Positions 1 to 10,091 of a stretch of 64,000 bases of DNA are shown here, one piece after another. Source of the stretch: Verrucomicrobiota bacterium. GTDB lineage: Bacteria > Verrucomicrobiota > Verrucomicrobiia > Limisphaerales > SXTU01. The stretch spans positions 125,324 through 189,323 of the forward strand of contig JBDKJY010000005.1 in the NCBI GenBank assembly GCA_039796295.1, read 5' to 3'. Position 1 is the stretch's first letter. Every line of letters starts with the position of its first letter. Below the pieces are notes generated by a model that was given only the letters and a program-made list of their open reading frames with translations, had not been told where the DNA came from and made no database searches. The position numbers were made by a program, and so were the translations under genes.

Positions 1-984
1 ATCACCGCACAGCATACCCGAGTCGCCTCCATGGAGATCGCCCTCACGGGGCAGTCCCTCGCCTGGACTGCGGACGGGGTGCAGTTGCCCTCGCTACGTC
101 GTTGCAGTGAGATTTTCGCCTCCCTCTTCGAGGAACCGAAAGGCGGCAAAACCGTCCAACGCCGCGCCTTGCGCCGCAAGGGCAGCGTGCTCGACGCCAA
201 CCTCGCGGAAGTCCGCCAGCTCGAGAAAAAGATGGGCGCGGCGGACAAAGGCCGCATGGAGCAATACCTCACCTCCGTCCGCGAAGCGGAGATTCGCACA
301 CGGCGGGCCGATGCGTGGCTCGACACGCCGCTGCCTGCCGTCTCCGACGCCGACCGCAAACGCACCAACCGCGACGTCGCTCAAACGATGGCGGGCGACT
401 ATTTCCGCACCGTCTATGACCTCATGGTGCTCGCCTTCCAGACGGATGTGACTCGCGTGGCCACCTTCAGCCTTGGCGGCGAGGGAGACGCCTTTTCCAT
501 CCCGGAAATCGGCATCACCGAGTCGCGCCACCAGCTCAGCCATCACGGCGGCGATGCGGGCTACATGGAAAAGCTTACCAACTACGACACCTTCGCCATC
601 GAGCAATTCAGCTACTTCCTCACCCGGCTCTCGGAAACCAAGGACCTCAATGGCAAGCCGCTCCTCGGCTCGACGATGTCCCTCTTCGGCAGCGGCATGT
701 CCTACGGCCACAGCCATGGCAATGCCAACCTCCCGCTCGTGCTCGCCGGCGGCTCCGACCTCGGCCTGAAGCACGGCAGCCACCTCGACTTCAACAAGCA
801 GGCCAAAGGATTCCAGGGCTACGCGCTCAGCCCGGACGGAGCGCTTACCACCGCGCACTACCATGTCTGCAGCCGTCCGGTGAACACCGACGCCCACATG
901 AGCAACCTGCTCCTCCTCATGGCCCAGCGCATGGGTGTGGAGACAGACCGGTTTGGCGACAGCAACAGGATTGTCGCGCTGTGA
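1..984 (+). CDS. DUF1552-family protein, C-terminal part (5' end upstream of window)
   Basis: Frame 1 is open from nt 1 through the listed ATG at 31. The HQLSHHGG motif and the tail [19 protein letters not shown] align with the complete paralogs at 10092 and 13061. Confidence 0.8.
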   Translation: MTAQHTRVASMEIALTGQSLAWTADGVQLPSLRRCSEIFASLFEEPKGGKTVQRRALRRKGSVLDANLAEVRQLEKKMGAADKGRMEQYLTSVREAEIRTRRADAWLDTPLPAVSDADRKRTNRDVAQTMAGDYFRTVYDLMVLAFQTDVTRVATFSLGGEGDAFSIPEIGITESRHQLSHHGGDAGYMEKLTNYDTFAIEQFSYFLTRLSETKDLNGKPLLGSTMSLFGSGMSYGHSHGNANLPLVLAGGSDLGLKHGSHLDFNKQAKGFQGYALSPDGALTTAHYHVCSRPVNTDAHMSNLLLLMAQRMGVETDRFGDSNRIVAL

Positions 985-1133
985 AGTGGCGGCAGGGACG
1001 GAGTGGTGGAGTAGTGAAGTGATGAAATGCCGGACTACATCACTCCCATACTCCGACACTCCATCCCCCCGATTCCCTCGCTATTCTCCCGGCGCAAATG
1101 CCCCATCCATCACTCCATCGTTCCTCCGCTCCA

Positions 1134-2435
1134 ATGCCGCTCTCTCGCTTCCTCCAGGCACTGTGTCTCGGCTTTGCCTTGCTCACCTGCGCGGTCGCCG
1201 CAGACAAAACAAGAGCCAGGAACGAGCAACCAGGAACAGACGTATTCCGGCCCGAAGCCGGCAAGTTCCCACCTCTGGAAAAAGCACACACCTACCGTGG
1301 CGAACTCGTCTTCGTCGATCATGCGAACCGCCGTGGCAGCCTTCGCGTGGCGGGGGCGGGCAAGTTTTACCGCAACGACCCGCATCCCTTCGCCCTGCTG
1401 CCGTATGGCATCGTGCGTTATCAGGGCGCACCGGCGGATCTGCGCGATATCCCGCTCGGCACCGTGCTGCACGTCTGCGCCTACCTCCCGCCGGACCCGA
1501 AGACCTCGGTCGTGCCGGTATTGCCGGTTGATAGCAAGACGAAGGACGCTGGCCATTATCGCGGCATTGGTGTCTTTCCCGCCGAGAACCACGCCCTCCT
1601 CCTCGAAGACGAGCCCAGTCACTGTTTGCGGGTGGGCAAAACCTGGAAGCTCAAAGAAGTGGAACTCAACCACAACAAAGGAACGATCCTCGCCAGCCGC
1701 GAGTTGAAGGCAGGCAGGGACGGCAAAGTTGACGAGGAAAAGTTGACCTTCGACGCCGGGACCCGCATCTGGCGCGGGCGGGAGCGCATTGGGATTGCGA
1801 ATCTGGTCGCCGAGGGAGCGTGGCCCGCCAGTGGGAAGAAAAGCCTTGCTGGGCAGCCCGTCCTGCTCGGGATCACTTGGCGGCCCGCACCCGGCGATGG
1901 GCTCAATGGTGCTTTCACTCAGTTTCACATCTCGGACATCTGGCTGGACGCCGCCGCCATCGAGAACGCCGCGCAATTCCAAACCGAGACGCACAAGGCC
2001 TTCATCCGCAGCCGCTGGATGCCTGCTTGGGTGGATGCCGTCGAGTATGGCAAGTTCGGCCGCGCCACCGTCACCGCGACGCTGTTCGGTGGGATGGATG
2101 CGTCGCTTTACGCCGACTTCCAGAAAGACCTCCAGGCGCAGATCAACGGATCCGAGAGCACCTTGAAACACGCCGCTGGCCACTACGGCCCCGGCCACGT
2201 GGCCTCCAATGGCAAAATCGTTGCCGTCACCAAGGCAGGCGGAGACATCCCCCTGGGCAGCAGTGGCATCCAGATCCAGTTCGAGACCGACCTGATCATC
2301 GAAGGCATCCGTCCCACGAGAGTCGTCCGTATCCGTCCGGAAAGCTGGCCCAAGATGCAAATTCCCCGCGAGGAGTTCGACAACAGCAACCTCGAAGAAC
2401 GCTTCCCGACCCCGGCCATTTTCCCGAGATACTAA
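1134..2435 (+). CDS. secreted protein of unknown function, tandem paralog A
   Basis: ORF 1098-2435. The in-frame ATG at 1134 gives the signal peptide [24 protein letters not shown]. It is collinear with and highly similar to the next ORF ([29 protein letters not shown] ...). I recognise no family. Confidence 0.75.
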   Translation: MPLSRFLQALCLGFALLTCAVAADKTRARNEQPGTDVFRPEAGKFPPLEKAHTYRGELVFVDHANRRGSLRVAGAGKFYRNDPHPFALLPYGIVRYQGAPADLRDIPLGTVLHVCAYLPPDPKTSVVPVLPVDSKTKDAGHYRGIGVFPAENHALLLEDEPSHCLRVGKTWKLKEVELNHNKGTILASRELKAGRDGKVDEEKLTFDAGTRIWRGRERIGIANLVAEGAWPASGKKSLAGQPVLLGITWRPAPGDGLNGAFTQFHISDIWLDAAAIENAAQFQTETHKAFIRSRWMPAWVDAVEYGKFGRATVTATLFGGMDASLYADFQKDLQAQINGSESTLKHAAGHYGPGHVASNGKIVAVTKAGGDIPLGSSGIQIQFETDLIIEGIRPTRVVRIRPESWPKMQIPREEFDNSNLEERFPTPAIFPRY

Positions 2436-2460
2436 TCCACACCACTCTCCTGCTCATCCT

Positions 2461-3699
2461 ATGAAGCGCACACTTTTTGTTCTTCGCTGTTCGCTCCTCC
2501 TTCTTACTTGCTGCGCCGCCCATGCTGCCGACGAACCTTTCCGCCCCGAAGTCGGAAAATTCCCGCCTCTGGAGAAAGCGCATTCCTATCGGGGCGAACT
2601 CGTCTTCGTGGACCATGCGAACCGTCGCGGACGCATCCGCGTGCAGGGGACGGGTATGTATTTCCGCAACGCGCCGCATCCCTTTGCCATGCTGCCCTAC
2701 GGCATCGTGCGTTATCACGGCGCACCGGCGGATCTGCGGGACATCCCGCTGGGCACCGTGATGCACGTCCGGGCCTTTCTTCCGCCAGACCCGAAAATCT
2801 CCGCCGTGCCGGTTCTGCCGGCCGATAGCAAGACGAAGAACGACGGCATCTTTCCCGCCGAGAACCACGTTCTCCTGCTCGAAGACGAGCCCAGTCACTG
2901 CCAGCGCGAGGGCAAAGTCTGGAAACTCAAGGAAGTGGACCTCAAAAACAACGAAGGCATGATCATCGCCAGCCGCGAGCTGAAGCAAGGCGGAGCCGGC
3001 AAAGTCAGCGAGGAAAAGCTGACCTTCGATGCCGCCACCCGCATCTGGCGCGGCCGTGAACGCCTCGGGATCGCAGATTTGATCACCGAAGGCGCGTGGC
3101 CCGCTGGAGGGAAGAAACCCCTCGGCGGCCAGTCCGTCCTGCTCGGCCTCACCTGGAAGCCCACGCCAGACGGCGTCTTCACTCGCTACCACATCTCGGA
3201 CATCTGGCTCGACGACGCCGCGATGCAGCGCGCCGCCACCAACCAAACCGAAACCCACAAGGCTTTCATCCGCAGCCGCTGGATGCCCGCCTGGATCGAC
3301 GCCGTCGAGTATGGCAAGTTTGGCCGCGCCACCGTGACCACGACTTTGTTCGGCGGCATGGATGCCACCCTCTACGCTGATTTCAAAAACGGCACCTCGG
3401 CCATGATGAATGCGGCCGAAAACAACTTGAAGCACACCCACGGCGACTACGGCCCTGCGCACATGTGCTCACGTGGGGCCATCTTGGAGGTCACGAAGTT
3501 GCCCGGAGCGGCCCCCTTGGGCAGCAGCGGCATCCAAATCCGTTTTGAGACCGACCTCATCATCGAAGGCATCCGCCCCGGTCGCATCGTCCGCGTCCGC
3601 CCCGGCAACTGGCCCCAAGTCCAGGTGCCCCACGAGGAATACGTCGGAGACAGCATCGAAGGCCGCTTCCCGACTCCGGCCAGCGTCCCGAAAAACTGA
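2461..3699 (+). CDS. secreted protein of unknown function, tandem paralog B
   Basis: 412-aa ORF with signal peptide MKRTLFVLRCSLLLLTCCAAHAAD. Roughly three-quarters of residues are identical by eye to paralog A over the full length. Confidence 0.8.
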   Translation: MKRTLFVLRCSLLLLTCCAAHAADEPFRPEVGKFPPLEKAHSYRGELVFVDHANRRGRIRVQGTGMYFRNAPHPFAMLPYGIVRYHGAPADLRDIPLGTVMHVRAFLPPDPKISAVPVLPADSKTKNDGIFPAENHVLLLEDEPSHCQREGKVWKLKEVDLKNNEGMIIASRELKQGGAGKVSEEKLTFDAATRIWRGRERLGIADLITEGAWPAGGKKPLGGQSVLLGLTWKPTPDGVFTRYHISDIWLDDAAMQRAATNQTETHKAFIRSRWMPAWIDAVEYGKFGRATVTTTLFGGMDATLYADFKNGTSAMMNAAENNLKHTHGDYGPAHMCSRGAILEVTKLPGAAPLGSSGIQIRFETDLIIEGIRPGRIVRVRPGNWPQVQVPHEEYVGDSIEGRFPTPASVPKN

Positions 3700-3835
3700 G
3701 GGCTGCCGTTTTTGGTTCTTCGTTGCTCGGCGAGACGCAGGGAATCCGGAACGGGAAGCCACGACCGAAGAACATGAAGCTCACACCCTTCACCGCCCTG
3801 CTGCTCGCGCCGCAGAATGAGCGGATAACCTCACC

Positions 3836-5230
3836 ATGAACGCACAACTAATCCCTCGCCGCCACTTCCTCCGCTCCGTCGCGGCAGGATCGCTCGTGTT
3901 TCCCGGCATCGTGCAGCGACTGCTTGCTGATAGTGCGGACCCGCTTTCGCCGAAAACGCCGCATTTTCCGGCGAAGGCGAAGAACGTCATCTTCCTCTTC
4001 ATGACCGGCGGCGTGTCGCATGTGGACACCTTTGACCCCAAGCCGGAACTCGTAAAAGGCCACGGCAAAGAGATCAAGGCCGACCATCCCGAGATCAAAG
4101 GCCGCCCCGGCTACGAGCGCATCTATCTGAAACGGCCACAATGGGAGTTCGCGAAGCACGGGCAGTGCGGCACGGAGGTTAGTTCCTTGTTTCCCAAGGT
4201 CTCGCAGTGCGTGGACGACATCGCGCTCATCCGCTCGATGCACACCTCGCACTCAAATCACTACAACGCCACGCTCGGCATGCACACGGGCTCGTTTGCG
4301 CAGTCCCGGCCGAGCATCGGCTCTTGGATGACCTACGGCCTCGGCACGCTGAACCGGAATCTGCCCGGCTTCGTCGTCATCGCGCCGAAGCAGACCTACG
4401 CGGGCACGCAGGTCTTCGCGAGCGACTTCCTGCCCGGCGCGTATCAGGGCACGCTCGTGGTGCCGGGAGCCGAGCCCGTGGCCAACGTCGCTCCGCGCGT
4501 TCCCACCGCCCGTCAGCAGCTCGAACTTGCCGCCCTGCGCCAGATGAACGAGGAACACCTCGCCACGCGCACCGGTGATCCATTGCTCGCCGCGCGCTTG
4601 CAGACCTTTGAGACCGCCTTCGGCATGCAGATGGCCGTGCCGGACGCGTTTGATCTCAAGCAGGAATCCGACACCACACTCGCCAGCTACGGCTTGCAGC
4701 GCGGCCAGACCACGGGCTTCGGCTGGCAATGTCTTGCCGCGCGTCGGCTCATCGAGCGCGGTGTGCGCTTCGTTGAGCTCATCGACACCGGCTCGTCCGG
4801 CAACTGGGACGCGCACGGCGACATGATGTCGCATGTGCCGCTCGCGAAGAATGTGGATCAGCCCATCGCCGCGCTGCTGCGGGATCTGAAACGGCGCGGC
4901 ATGTTGGACGACACGCTCGTCGTTTGGACCACGGAGTTCGGCCGCACGCCTTTCAATAACACCGCTGATGCCAAGGGCCGCGAGCATCACCCGTGGGCCT
5001 TCAGCTCCTGGCTCGCCGGTGCGGGCGTGAAGCGCGGCATCGTCCACGGCAACAGCGACGAGATCGGCCTGCGCGCCGTCGAGAAGCCTGTCCACGTCCA
5101 TGATTTCCACGCCACGCTTCTGCACCTCATGGGCTTCGACCACGAGAAGCTCACCTACCGCCACGCCGGTCTCGATTTCCGGCTGACTGGAGTGGAGGGA
5201 GCCAACGTCGTCAAAGAACTGCTCGTATGA
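3836..5230 (+). CDS. DUF1501 domain-containing protein (Tat-exported, sulfatase/phosphatase-fold-like)
   Basis: Twin-arginine leader PRRHFLRSVAAGSL. The FLFMTGGVSHVDTFDPKP and WDAHGD motifs are typical of DUF1501. A 4-nt overlap links it to the next gene. Confidence 0.85.
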   Translation: MNAQLIPRRHFLRSVAAGSLVFPGIVQRLLADSADPLSPKTPHFPAKAKNVIFLFMTGGVSHVDTFDPKPELVKGHGKEIKADHPEIKGRPGYERIYLKRPQWEFAKHGQCGTEVSSLFPKVSQCVDDIALIRSMHTSHSNHYNATLGMHTGSFAQSRPSIGSWMTYGLGTLNRNLPGFVVIAPKQTYAGTQVFASDFLPGAYQGTLVVPGAEPVANVAPRVPTARQQLELAALRQMNEEHLATRTGDPLLAARLQTFETAFGMQMAVPDAFDLKQESDTTLASYGLQRGQTTGFGWQCLAARRLIERGVRFVELIDTGSSGNWDAHGDMMSHVPLAKNVDQPIAALLRDLKRRGMLDDTLVVWTTEFGRTPFNNTADAKGREHHPWAFSSWLAGAGVKRGIVHGNSDEIGLRAVEKPVHVHDFHATLLHLMGFDHEKLTYRHAGLDFRLTGVEGANVVKELLV

Positions 5231-8200
5231 ATCATACCGCCCAAGTTATCGCGCTGTCCGTGGCCCTCGTCCTGCCAGCCCTCCGCGGGCGCGCGGCCAC
5301 TTCGGACTTCGCGAAGGACATCCGCCCGCTCCTCAACGAGTTCTGCCTCAAGTGCCACTCGACCAAGGACCACAAAGGCGACCTCGACCTCGAACGCTTC
5401 AAGTCCCTCGACGCCGTGAAGCGCGACCCGAAGGTCTGGCTGCAGGTCGAGGAGCAACTCGAACTCGGCGAGATGCCGCCCAAGGACAAGCCGCAGCTCT
5501 CCTCCGCGCAGAAGGCCAAGCTCGTCGCCTGGGTGCGCGGCGCGCTTCACGACATCGCGTTGGCTCGCGCGGGCGACCCCGGCCCCGTCGTGCTCCGGCG
5601 CCTTTCGAACGCGGAATACACTTACACCGTGCGCGACCTCACAGGCGTCACCGCGCTCGACCCGGCGCGTGAGTTCCCCACGGACGGCGCGGCGGGCGAG
5701 GGTTTCTCGAACGCCGGCGCGGCGCTCGTCATGTCGCCCGCGCTCCTCACGAAGTATCTCGACGCCGCGAAGGACATTGCCGCCCGCGCGGTGCTGCTGC
5801 CGGACGGCCTCGCCTTTTCGCCGAGCACCTCGCAGCGCGACTGGACGGAGGAACGGCTCACGGCCATCCGCGCCTTTTACGCGCAGTTCACGGAGAAGGG
5901 CGGCGGCTCCGCGGTCAACCTGCAAGGCATCAAGTTCGACACGAAAGACGGCGGTGTGCTCCCGCTGGAGAAGTATCTGGCCGCGACGCTGGAGGAACGC
6001 GATGCACTGGCAGCCAAACGCAAGACTCTCGCCGAAGTCGCCAAGGAGCGGGGTCTGAACGCCAAGTATCTCACCACGCTCTGGACCGCGCTCAACGACT
6101 CGCAGCCCTCGCTCGTGCTCGACCTCCTCCGTGCCCAATGGCGCACCGCGAAACCCACCGACGCCCCCGCACTCGCCGCGAGCATCGCGCAATGGCAGCG
6201 GGCCTTGTGGCGCTTCACCACCGTCGGCCACATCGGCAAGCGCAACGGCCCAAGCGCCTGGCAAATGCCCGTGCTTCCGCTCGCCGCCTCGCAGGAAGTG
6301 CGCGTGAAACTCCCCGCGCCCGCCAGCGGCAACGAAGTTGTCCTCTACCTGCTCGCCTCCGACGCGGGCGACGGCAACGAGCACGACTTCGCCGTTTGGG
6401 AAAACCCGCGTCTCGTCGCCCCGGGCCGTCCCGACCTCCGCCTGCGCGACGTGCGCGACGCTGTGCTGGCCTTCCAGACGCAGCGCGAGCGCGTCGCCAG
6501 CAGTGCGGCGAAATGCCTCGCCGCAGCGGACGAAGCCAGCGCGTTGCCTGACCGCAGCGGCGTTCCCGCCCTCGCACAGAAGCACGGCGTCGAGCCGGCG
6601 CTGCTCACCGCGTGGCTGGATTATCTCGGCATCGGCGGCGGGCCGGTGCGCGTGACCTTGCACATGACCAAGAAGACCGAGAGCGTGAACAACTACGACT
6701 TCATCAAGGGCTGGACCGGCGCGGATGCCTTGAGCGTCCTCGCCAATTCCTCCGCCAACGCCGTGCGCATCCCCGGCCACATGAAGCCGCACAGCGTCGG
6801 CGTTCACCCCGCGCCGAAGCTGCGCGTGTGCGTCGGCTGGAACAGTCCCGTCGCCGCCACCGTGCGGGTCGAGGCCGCCGTGCAGCCCGTGCATTCCGAG
6901 TGCGGCAACGGCGTGACGTGGTCGCTCGAACTGCGGCGCGGCAGCACGCGCCAGCGCCTCGCCGCCGGCACCGCCCAGGGCGCGAAGGAAGTGAAAGTTC
7001 CGCCGCAGGAAAACCTCGCCGTTCAGCCCGGCGACTTGCTCTCGCTCGCCATCGGCCCACGCGACGGCAACCACTCGTGCGACATGACGGCGGTTGACTT
7101 GAGCATCAAAGCCACCGACGGCAAGCAGTGGGACCTCGCCCGCGACGTCTCGCCGAACATCCTCGCCGGCAACCCGCACGCGGACCTGCTGGGCTATCCC
7201 GGCGTCTGGCATTTCTACAGCGAGCCGGACAGCGGCGGCGGTGCGGACTCGATTGTCCCGGCTGGTTCACTACTGGCCCAGTGGCGCGCGGCTCTCGACG
7301 CGGCGGAAAAGGGCAAGCTCGGCGCCGCAGTGCAGAAGCTCTTGGAGAGCGGCCCGGCCGGCTTGGCGAAAGACGCGCCGGACACGTTGTTGCACCGCCA
7401 ACTCACCGCCCTCGGTGGCCCGCTGTTCAAGAGCCAGCTCGCGAACTCAACGAACGCGCCCGCGCCGGAGATTCGCAATTCGCAATTCGCAATTCGCAAT
7501 TCCACCGGCCTCGACCCCGCGCTGTTTGGCATGCACCCGAACGGCTCCGCGCTCCCCGCCGCGAACCTCTGCGTCCGCGCACCATCCGTGCTCGAAGTCC
7601 GTCTGCCCGCCGACTTGGTCGAGGGCTGCGAGTTCGTCGCCACCGCCACGCTGCACCGCGAGACGGGCGCGGAGGGCAGCGTGCAAATGCAGGTGCTCAC
7701 GACCAAGCCCGCGAGCGCCTCGGGACTCGCGGCAGGCGCGGCGAAGGAATTGGGCGGCAAAAGCACTTGGTCCGATGGTGAGCGACCCATCGGCTCGGAC
7801 ACGCCCATCTTGGTTCTCGATGGCAGTGCCGCGCGCAAGCGCACCGAGGCCACGCTGGACCAGTTTCGCCAGCTTTTCCCTGCTGCGCTCTGCTACACGA
7901 AGATTGTGCCGGTGGACGAGGTGGTGACGCTCACGCTGTATTACCGCGAGGACGACCAGCTTCGCCGCCTGCTGCTGGACGACGCGCAAGCCGCCGAGTT
8001 GGAACGGCTCTGGGCCGAGTTGCACTTCGTCAGCCACAGCCCGCTCAAGCTCGTGGAAGCCTTCGAGCAACTCTGGCAGTTCGCCACGCAGGACGCGGAC
8101 CCGAGCGCCTTCACGCCGATGCGCGAGCCCATCAAGCAACGCGCCGAGGTCTTCCGCAAAGAACTCGTCGCTACCGAGCCGAAGCAGCTTGAAGCCGTGG

Positions 8201-9426
8201 TGAACTTCGCCGCGCAAGCGTGGCGTCGCTCGCTGACGCGCGGCGAACAGGACGAATTGCGCACTCTCTACCGTAAGTTCCGCGCGCAGGAGCTGGCGCA
8301 CGACGCGGCAATCCGCATGACGCTCGCTCGCCTGTTCGTGGCCCCGGCCTTCCTCTACAAGTTCGAGCAACCGGCGGCGGGCAAGGCGCAGTCGCCGGTG
8401 AACGACACCGAGCTGGCCACGCGATTGAGTTACTTCCTCTGGTCCTCCGCTCCAGACGCCGAGCTAGCGTCGCTCGCAGCGGCTGGCAAGTTGCGCAACC
8501 CCGAGGTGCTCGCTGTGCAGACGCGGCGGATGCTGAAGGACGCGCGCGTGCGGCGGCTGGCGATTGAGTTCGGAGCGCAGTGGCTGCACACGCGCGACCT
8601 CGACAAGCTCGACGAGAAGAGCGAGCGGCATTTCCCGACGTTCGCCTCGGTGCGCGGGGCGCTGAACGAGGAGCCGATCCGTTTCTTCACCGACCTCTTC
8701 CAGGGCGACGGCTCCGTGCTGGCGCTGCTCGATGCGGACTACACGTTCGTCAACGCTACGCTGGCCAAGCACTACGGCCTGACTGGCGTGACCGGGGACA
8801 ACTGGCGTCGCCTGGAAGGCGTGCGAGCGCAAGGCCGCGGCGGCGTGCTGGGCTTCGGCGCGACGCTCGCGAAGCAAAGCGGAGCCTCGCGCACCAGTCC
8901 GATTCTGCGCGGCAATTGGCTGAGTGAAACCTTGCTGGGCGAACGCCTGCCGCGTCCGCCCAAAGGCGTGCCGGTGTTGCCGGAAGAAGCGCCCGTCGGG
9001 CTCACCGAGCGCGCGCTGACCGAGAAGCACAGCGGCGACCCGAAGTGCGCCGGCTGCCACGCGCGCATCGACCCGTTCGGCTTCGCGCTAGAGCGCTACG
9101 ATGCTATCGGGCGGCTCCGCACGAAGGACGCGGCGGGCCTGCCGATTGACACGCGCACTCGCACGGCCGATGGGATAGCGCTCGACGGCCTTGACGGGCT
9201 GCGAAACTACTTGCTCACGACGCGGCGCGAGGCGTTCGAGCGGCAGTTCTGCCGGAAGCTGCTCGGCTACGCGCTCGGACGCAGCGTGCAGTTGAGCGAC
9301 CAGCCGTTGCTCGACGAGCTGCTGAAGCAGCTCGCGGCGAACGAACACCGCGTGGGCACGGCGGTGGAGTTGATTGTGCAGAGTCGGCAGTTCCGGGAGA
9401 TTCGCGGACTTGCGGCGGTTGACTAA
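5227..9426 (+). CDS. CxxCH (planctomycete cytochrome C-type) / DUF1587-DUF1592-DUF1595-DUF1588-DUF1585 family protein, 1399 aa
   Basis: N-terminal CLKCHSTKDHKGDLDLERF and C-terminal CAGCHARIDPFGFALERYDAIGR motifs. It is a paralog of 14357-16843. Confidence 0.85.
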   Translation: MNHTAQVIALSVALVLPALRGRAATSDFAKDIRPLLNEFCLKCHSTKDHKGDLDLERFKSLDAVKRDPKVWLQVEEQLELGEMPPKDKPQLSSAQKAKLVAWVRGALHDIALARAGDPGPVVLRRLSNAEYTYTVRDLTGVTALDPAREFPTDGAAGEGFSNAGAALVMSPALLTKYLDAAKDIAARAVLLPDGLAFSPSTSQRDWTEERLTAIRAFYAQFTEKGGGSAVNLQGIKFDTKDGGVLPLEKYLAATLEERDALAAKRKTLAEVAKERGLNAKYLTTLWTALNDSQPSLVLDLLRAQWRTAKPTDAPALAASIAQWQRALWRFTTVGHIGKRNGPSAWQMPVLPLAASQEVRVKLPAPASGNEVVLYLLASDAGDGNEHDFAVWENPRLVAPGRPDLRLRDVRDAVLAFQTQRERVASSAAKCLAAADEASALPDRSGVPALAQKHGVEPALLTAWLDYLGIGGGPVRVTLHMTKKTESVNNYDFIKGWTGADALSVLANSSANAVRIPGHMKPHSVGVHPAPKLRVCVGWNSPVAATVRVEAAVQPVHSECGNGVTWSLELRRGSTRQRLAAGTAQGAKEVKVPPQENLAVQPGDLLSLAIGPRDGNHSCDMTAVDLSIKATDGKQWDLARDVSPNILAGNPHADLLGYPGVWHFYSEPDSGGGADSIVPAGSLLAQWRAALDAAEKGKLGAAVQKLLESGPAGLAKDAPDTLLHRQLTALGGPLFKSQLANSTNAPAPEIRNSQFAIRNSTGLDPALFGMHPNGSALPAANLCVRAPSVLEVRLPADLVEGCEFVATATLHRETGAEGSVQMQVLTTKPASASGLAAGAAKELGGKSTWSDGERPIGSDTPILVLDGSAARKRTEATLDQFRQLFPAALCYTKIVPVDEVVTLTLYYREDDQLRRLLLDDAQAAELERLWAELHFVSHSPLKLVEAFEQLWQFATQDADPSAFTPMREPIKQRAEVFRKELVATEPKQLEAVVNFAAQAWRRSLTRGEQDELRTLYRKFRAQELAHDAAIRMTLARLFVAPAFLYKFEQPAAGKAQSPVNDTELATRLSYFLWSSAPDAELASLAAAGKLRNPEVLAVQTRRMLKDARVRRLAIEFGAQWLHTRDLDKLDEKSERHFPTFASVRGALNEEPIRFFTDLFQGDGSVLALLDADYTFVNATLAKHYGLTGVTGDNWRRLEGVRAQGRGGVLGFGATLAKQSGASRTSPILRGNWLSETLLGERLPRPPKGVPVLPEEAPVGLTERALTEKHSGDPKCAGCHARIDPFGFALERYDAIGRLRTKDAAGLPIDTRTRTADGIALDGLDGLRNYLLTTRREAFERQFCRKLLGYALGRSVQLSDQPLLDELLKQLAANEHRVGTAVELIVQSRQFREIRGLAAVD
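7471..7501 (+). repeat. heptanucleotide tandem repeat (ATTCGCA) x4.4 inside a CDS
   Basis: attcgca attcgca attcgca attcgca att, read directly. It encodes IRNSQFAIRNS. Confidence 0.95.
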
Positions 9427-9447
9427 GTTAGTCAACAGCACTACACA
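9418..9447 (+). promoter_or_regulatory. 19-bp palindrome (candidate antitoxin operator) overlapping a sigma70-like promoter
   Basis: GTTGACTAA-G-TTAGTCAAC at 9418-9436 spans the stop codon of the upstream gene. TTGACT (9419-9424), a 17-nt spacer, then TACACA (9442-9447). The antitoxin ATG is at 9454. Confidence 0.4.
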
Positions 9448-9453
9448 TCCAGC

Positions 9454-9696
9454 ATGACGACGATTACCACGCACGAAGCCAAGACCCACCTCTCCCGCTA
9501 TCTCGCCGAGGTGGAGCTGGGGAAGGAATACGTGATCGCGCGCGGCAAGAAGGCGGTGGCGCGGCTTGTGCCCGTGAAGCCCGCCAAGCAGAAGCCGCGA
9601 CCGAAGGTGGGCGAAACAATGGACGCGCCGTTCCCGATTTCCGACTCGGCCTTCGCGGCATTGGCTGAATCCGAACTCAAAGAATGGGGCTTGTGA
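9454..9696 (+). CDS. type II antitoxin, Phd/YefM-like
   Basis: 80 aa. The N-terminus MTTITTHEAKTHLSRYLAEVELGKEYVIARGKKAVARLVP is typical of this family. It overlaps the downstream PIN gene. Confidence 0.85.
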   Translation: MTTITTHEAKTHLSRYLAEVELGKEYVIARGKKAVARLVPVKPAKQKPRPKVGETMDAPFPISDSAFAALAESELKEWGL

Positions 9697-10079
9697 GATA
9701 CCTCCTCGACACGTGCACGTTCATCTGGCTGGCCCTGCCACAGGGCAAGCTGTCCAAGTTGGCAACCGAGGCGCTGAACGATCCTGCTAGCGAGTTGGTC
9801 TTTGCCGACGCGAGCCTGTGGGAGATCAGTTTGAAGCATTCTGTCGGCAAGCTCGCACTGCCCGACGTGCCCCGGAAATGGCTGCCGAGTCGGCTGGCGT
9901 TCTTCCAGATCAAGCCGTTGCCCCTGACCCGCGAGGCCATCTTCCGCAGTGGCGAATTGCCCCGCACGCACTCCGACCCCTTCGACCGGCTGCTCGCGGC
10001 GCAGGCCATCGAGTCCGGCCTCACCATCCTTTCGCCTGACACGCCGCTGTCTTTGTTGGGCGCGTCCCGCATCTGGTAA
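9684..10079 (+). CDS. vapC: type II toxin, PIN-domain ribonuclease (VapC family)
   Basis: RYLLDTCTFIW (first acidic residue) and DPFDRLLAAQA motifs. The start could instead be GTG 9693, giving a GTGA overlap with the antitoxin stop. Confidence 0.85.
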   Translation: MGLVRYLLDTCTFIWLALPQGKLSKLATEALNDPASELVFADASLWEISLKHSVGKLALPDVPRKWLPSRLAFFQIKPLPLTREAIFRSGELPRTHSDPFDRLLAAQAIESGLTILSPDTPLSLLGASRIW

Positions 10080-10091
10080 CCTGAACGAATT

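Noticed and set aside
3774-3839. 21-codon upstream ORF (MKLTPFTALLLAPQNERITSP) whose stop overlaps the DUF1501 ATG (ATGA)
   Set aside because: It is too short to support from sequence alone. It may be a leader peptide or a signal-peptide remnant, and I have no conservation evidence.
5155-7212. 685-aa - strand ORF, and similar antisense ORFs at 19203-20504 (+), 46242-47903 (+), 48216-49235 (+), 50730-51836 (-), 62005-63270 (+), 10608-11468 (-), 15863-16867 (-)
   Set aside because: Each overlaps a gene on the opposite strand that has a signal peptide or family motifs. Their composition is typical of high-GC shadow ORFs.
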